Source: Takakia lepidozioides (Eukaryota > Plantae > Bryophyta). Taken from it: a DNA stretch of 64,000 bases. The position numbers and the translations under genes were made by a program. The notes below the pieces were generated by a model. That model worked only from the letters and a program-made list of their open reading frames with translations. It was not told the DNA's origin and made no database searches. Location of the stretch: NCBI GenBank assembly GCA_030704615.1, contig CM060731.1:34844001-34908000 (forward strand), given 5' to 3'. Shown here piece by piece: positions 62,101 to 64,000 of this stretch; the first letter of the stretch is position 1; the number at the start of each line of letters is the position of its first letter.

Positions 62101-63941
62101 TTGGAGGACCAGCAACTTAACACTCCTCAGAAGATGCTGGTCTGGAAGTGGGAAGCAATTTGTATTTTCTTCAATATAAAGCACCATTTCATTTCATTTC
62201 ATTCCAATTCTGACGCTTTTTGAAGTCTGTGAATCCACAACCAAAGAGATGCATTTGTAAACAAGCTCTCTACTGCTAGCTGCTAATCTGTGCCCCGGTG
62301 TGATTCCAGGAGTTTGGCAAGCATGATAAGGAGCCTGCCAAGTATATCAAGCAATGGACAGGCAATAATACAAAAAGTGGAGCATCATATTCCTGTGATA
62401 TAGGATATGAGCGTTTCCTTGCTCCTGAGGTTTGGGCTAGTTACCTGTTTCACCGCAGATCCGTCCTTCCCCCAATTTTGGCACTAGTGTCTGGCTATAA
62501 TTGAAATAAAAATGAGGAGAGGAGATTGCTGTTGATTCTCATGCAGTATCCTGGTAGTGTCTGCAATGATGTTGTTGCTCAGTAATCAAAGCATGCATAT
62601 ACAGGACGCAGACAAATGTTCTGCAGCCAAGCATGTAAGAAAATTTGCAGGAGTGGATGTTGTTACTGCTAAAGATTCCCAATTTCTTGACCAGGAAGAG
62701 CATACTCACTAGATGCAGCAAAGAACTGGGCAAAGTGGCTTATAGACTGTACTCTATAGATACTTATACCAATAGTACTGGTGACCACCATTAGCTTGCA
62801 TATGTGCTCAGGTATTTTTCTCTCCAGAAATTTATAGCAGTGACTTTACAGTGCCGCTGCCAGAGGTCGTTGACAAGTGCATCCAGTCCTCGCCAATTGA
62901 TACACGTCGGGCCCTGTACAAGGTTCGTTCCATACCCTTTGGAAAGAGTACTATATCCAGCTCTTTGTTTGTACTACTCATACTGCAATGAGTATTTTCT
63001 TCCCATGAGCTAACCCTGGTCCTAAAGAGGATCTCTGAAGGTTATATACGGCCAAGGTTCCTGAAAGAGCTCGAGTAACTATTTCACCTGTAAACTGACA
63101 CTAACATACACTAATGGACATTCATTGAGTGTAGTGGATATATGTAATCAATTATCTTGGCCTGTGGGGAAGAGATTTCAGTGACTGCTGGTTTGGAAGT
63201 ATGTCAATATCTAGTGCATAGTAATCAAATACAGTATGTTTGCATGTATTGCTTGGAATGCAATTTGTTGGCCAGGAACATAGTCAATGGCTTTGACAAA
63301 GCTTTTGGTTGCAATTTTCCAGAACATTGTCCTCTCAGGAGGCTCTACCATGTTCAAAGATTTCCAGAGACGACTACAGCGTGACATCAAAAAGATTGTA
63401 GATGCACGGACCCTGTCTTCAGAGACTCGAAATGGTGGGACACTAAAAGTGGGTACTTTCTGCAGCTGAAATCGCTGTATCTTTCTCTCTATCTCCATAA
63501 TAGGTTTGTTTTGCTGATTTTGCAAAGCATTTACTTAAATCTGTCAGAGGGTAACATGCTTGATGGTAAATTTCCACACCCCCAGCTTTCATGGCCGTAT
63601 CCTAATGATAATGGATGAAGTGAGAATCAATCTCCCCAGGTTCAGTGGTCGGTCTTCCCGAGCGTTGTTGCCCAGCAGACTGCTCCTCCTGGGGTATGCA
63701 GTTATTCTGCAAGCCTGAAATCGGCAGCCCTTTTTCTAGTGTTCTTTTGCAATGAGGTGTTAATTTCGACTTGCTTGTCTTGAGATGGACTTTGATATAA
63801 GTTCACCACACTGACTGGAAGAATGGGTGTGGGAATGGACAGGCACAAGCAGTGGATGTGAATGTGGTGGGGCATCCCATGCAACGCTTTGCAGTTTGGT
63901 TTGGAGGCTCCCTTCTCGCTTCCACACCGGACTTCTATAAT
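59136..63941 (+). CDS. ARP3: Actin-related protein 3 (Arp2/3 complex), 3' end beyond window
   Basis: Exons 59136-59182, 60239-60470, 60726-60950, 61532-61678, 61889-61981, 62310-62429, 62812-62922, 63323-63448, 63843-63941. Motifs [63 protein letters not shown] and [13 protein letters not shown]. Confidence 0.96.
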
Positions 63942-64000
63942 GTACCCTTCTGTCTGCTTCTATACTCAGATTGCTGGAATAGTGGTTACAGGGTGCCTAA

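Overview
Intron-rich eukaryotic nuclear DNA, most likely from a non-seed land plant such as a bryophyte. This is an inference from the PLS-DYW PPR genes, a hydrolase-NLR-type fragment and a GLG1 homologue. Apparently intact genes: a 17-exon bacterial-type (PRK08322-like) acetolactate synthase with no transit peptide (minus, ~3.3-10.3 kb); two tandem PLS-class PPR RNA-editing factors (one complete DYW, one with a frameshifted DYW); HAT1; RFC1; and ARP3, which runs off the right edge. The 10-37 kb interval is mostly decayed sequence: a partial HAT1 duplicate, an alpha/beta-hydrolase (HNL-type) fragment, a GLG1 pseudogene, LINE fragments, SINEs and a nested DNA-transposon complex. Best candidates for unusual biology: (1) a complete 364-bp TRIM retrotransposon whose two LTRs each carry a tRNA cloverleaf, inside an RFC1 intron; (2) a spliced Transib/RAG1-like DDE transposase remnant with a LysM-like motif right after its CxxC zinc motif, split by a SWIM-domain insertion; (3) a LINE family without a poly(A) tail whose five copies all end at TCTCT and which hit the same site twice. 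All calls were made by eye, and no database searches were run.
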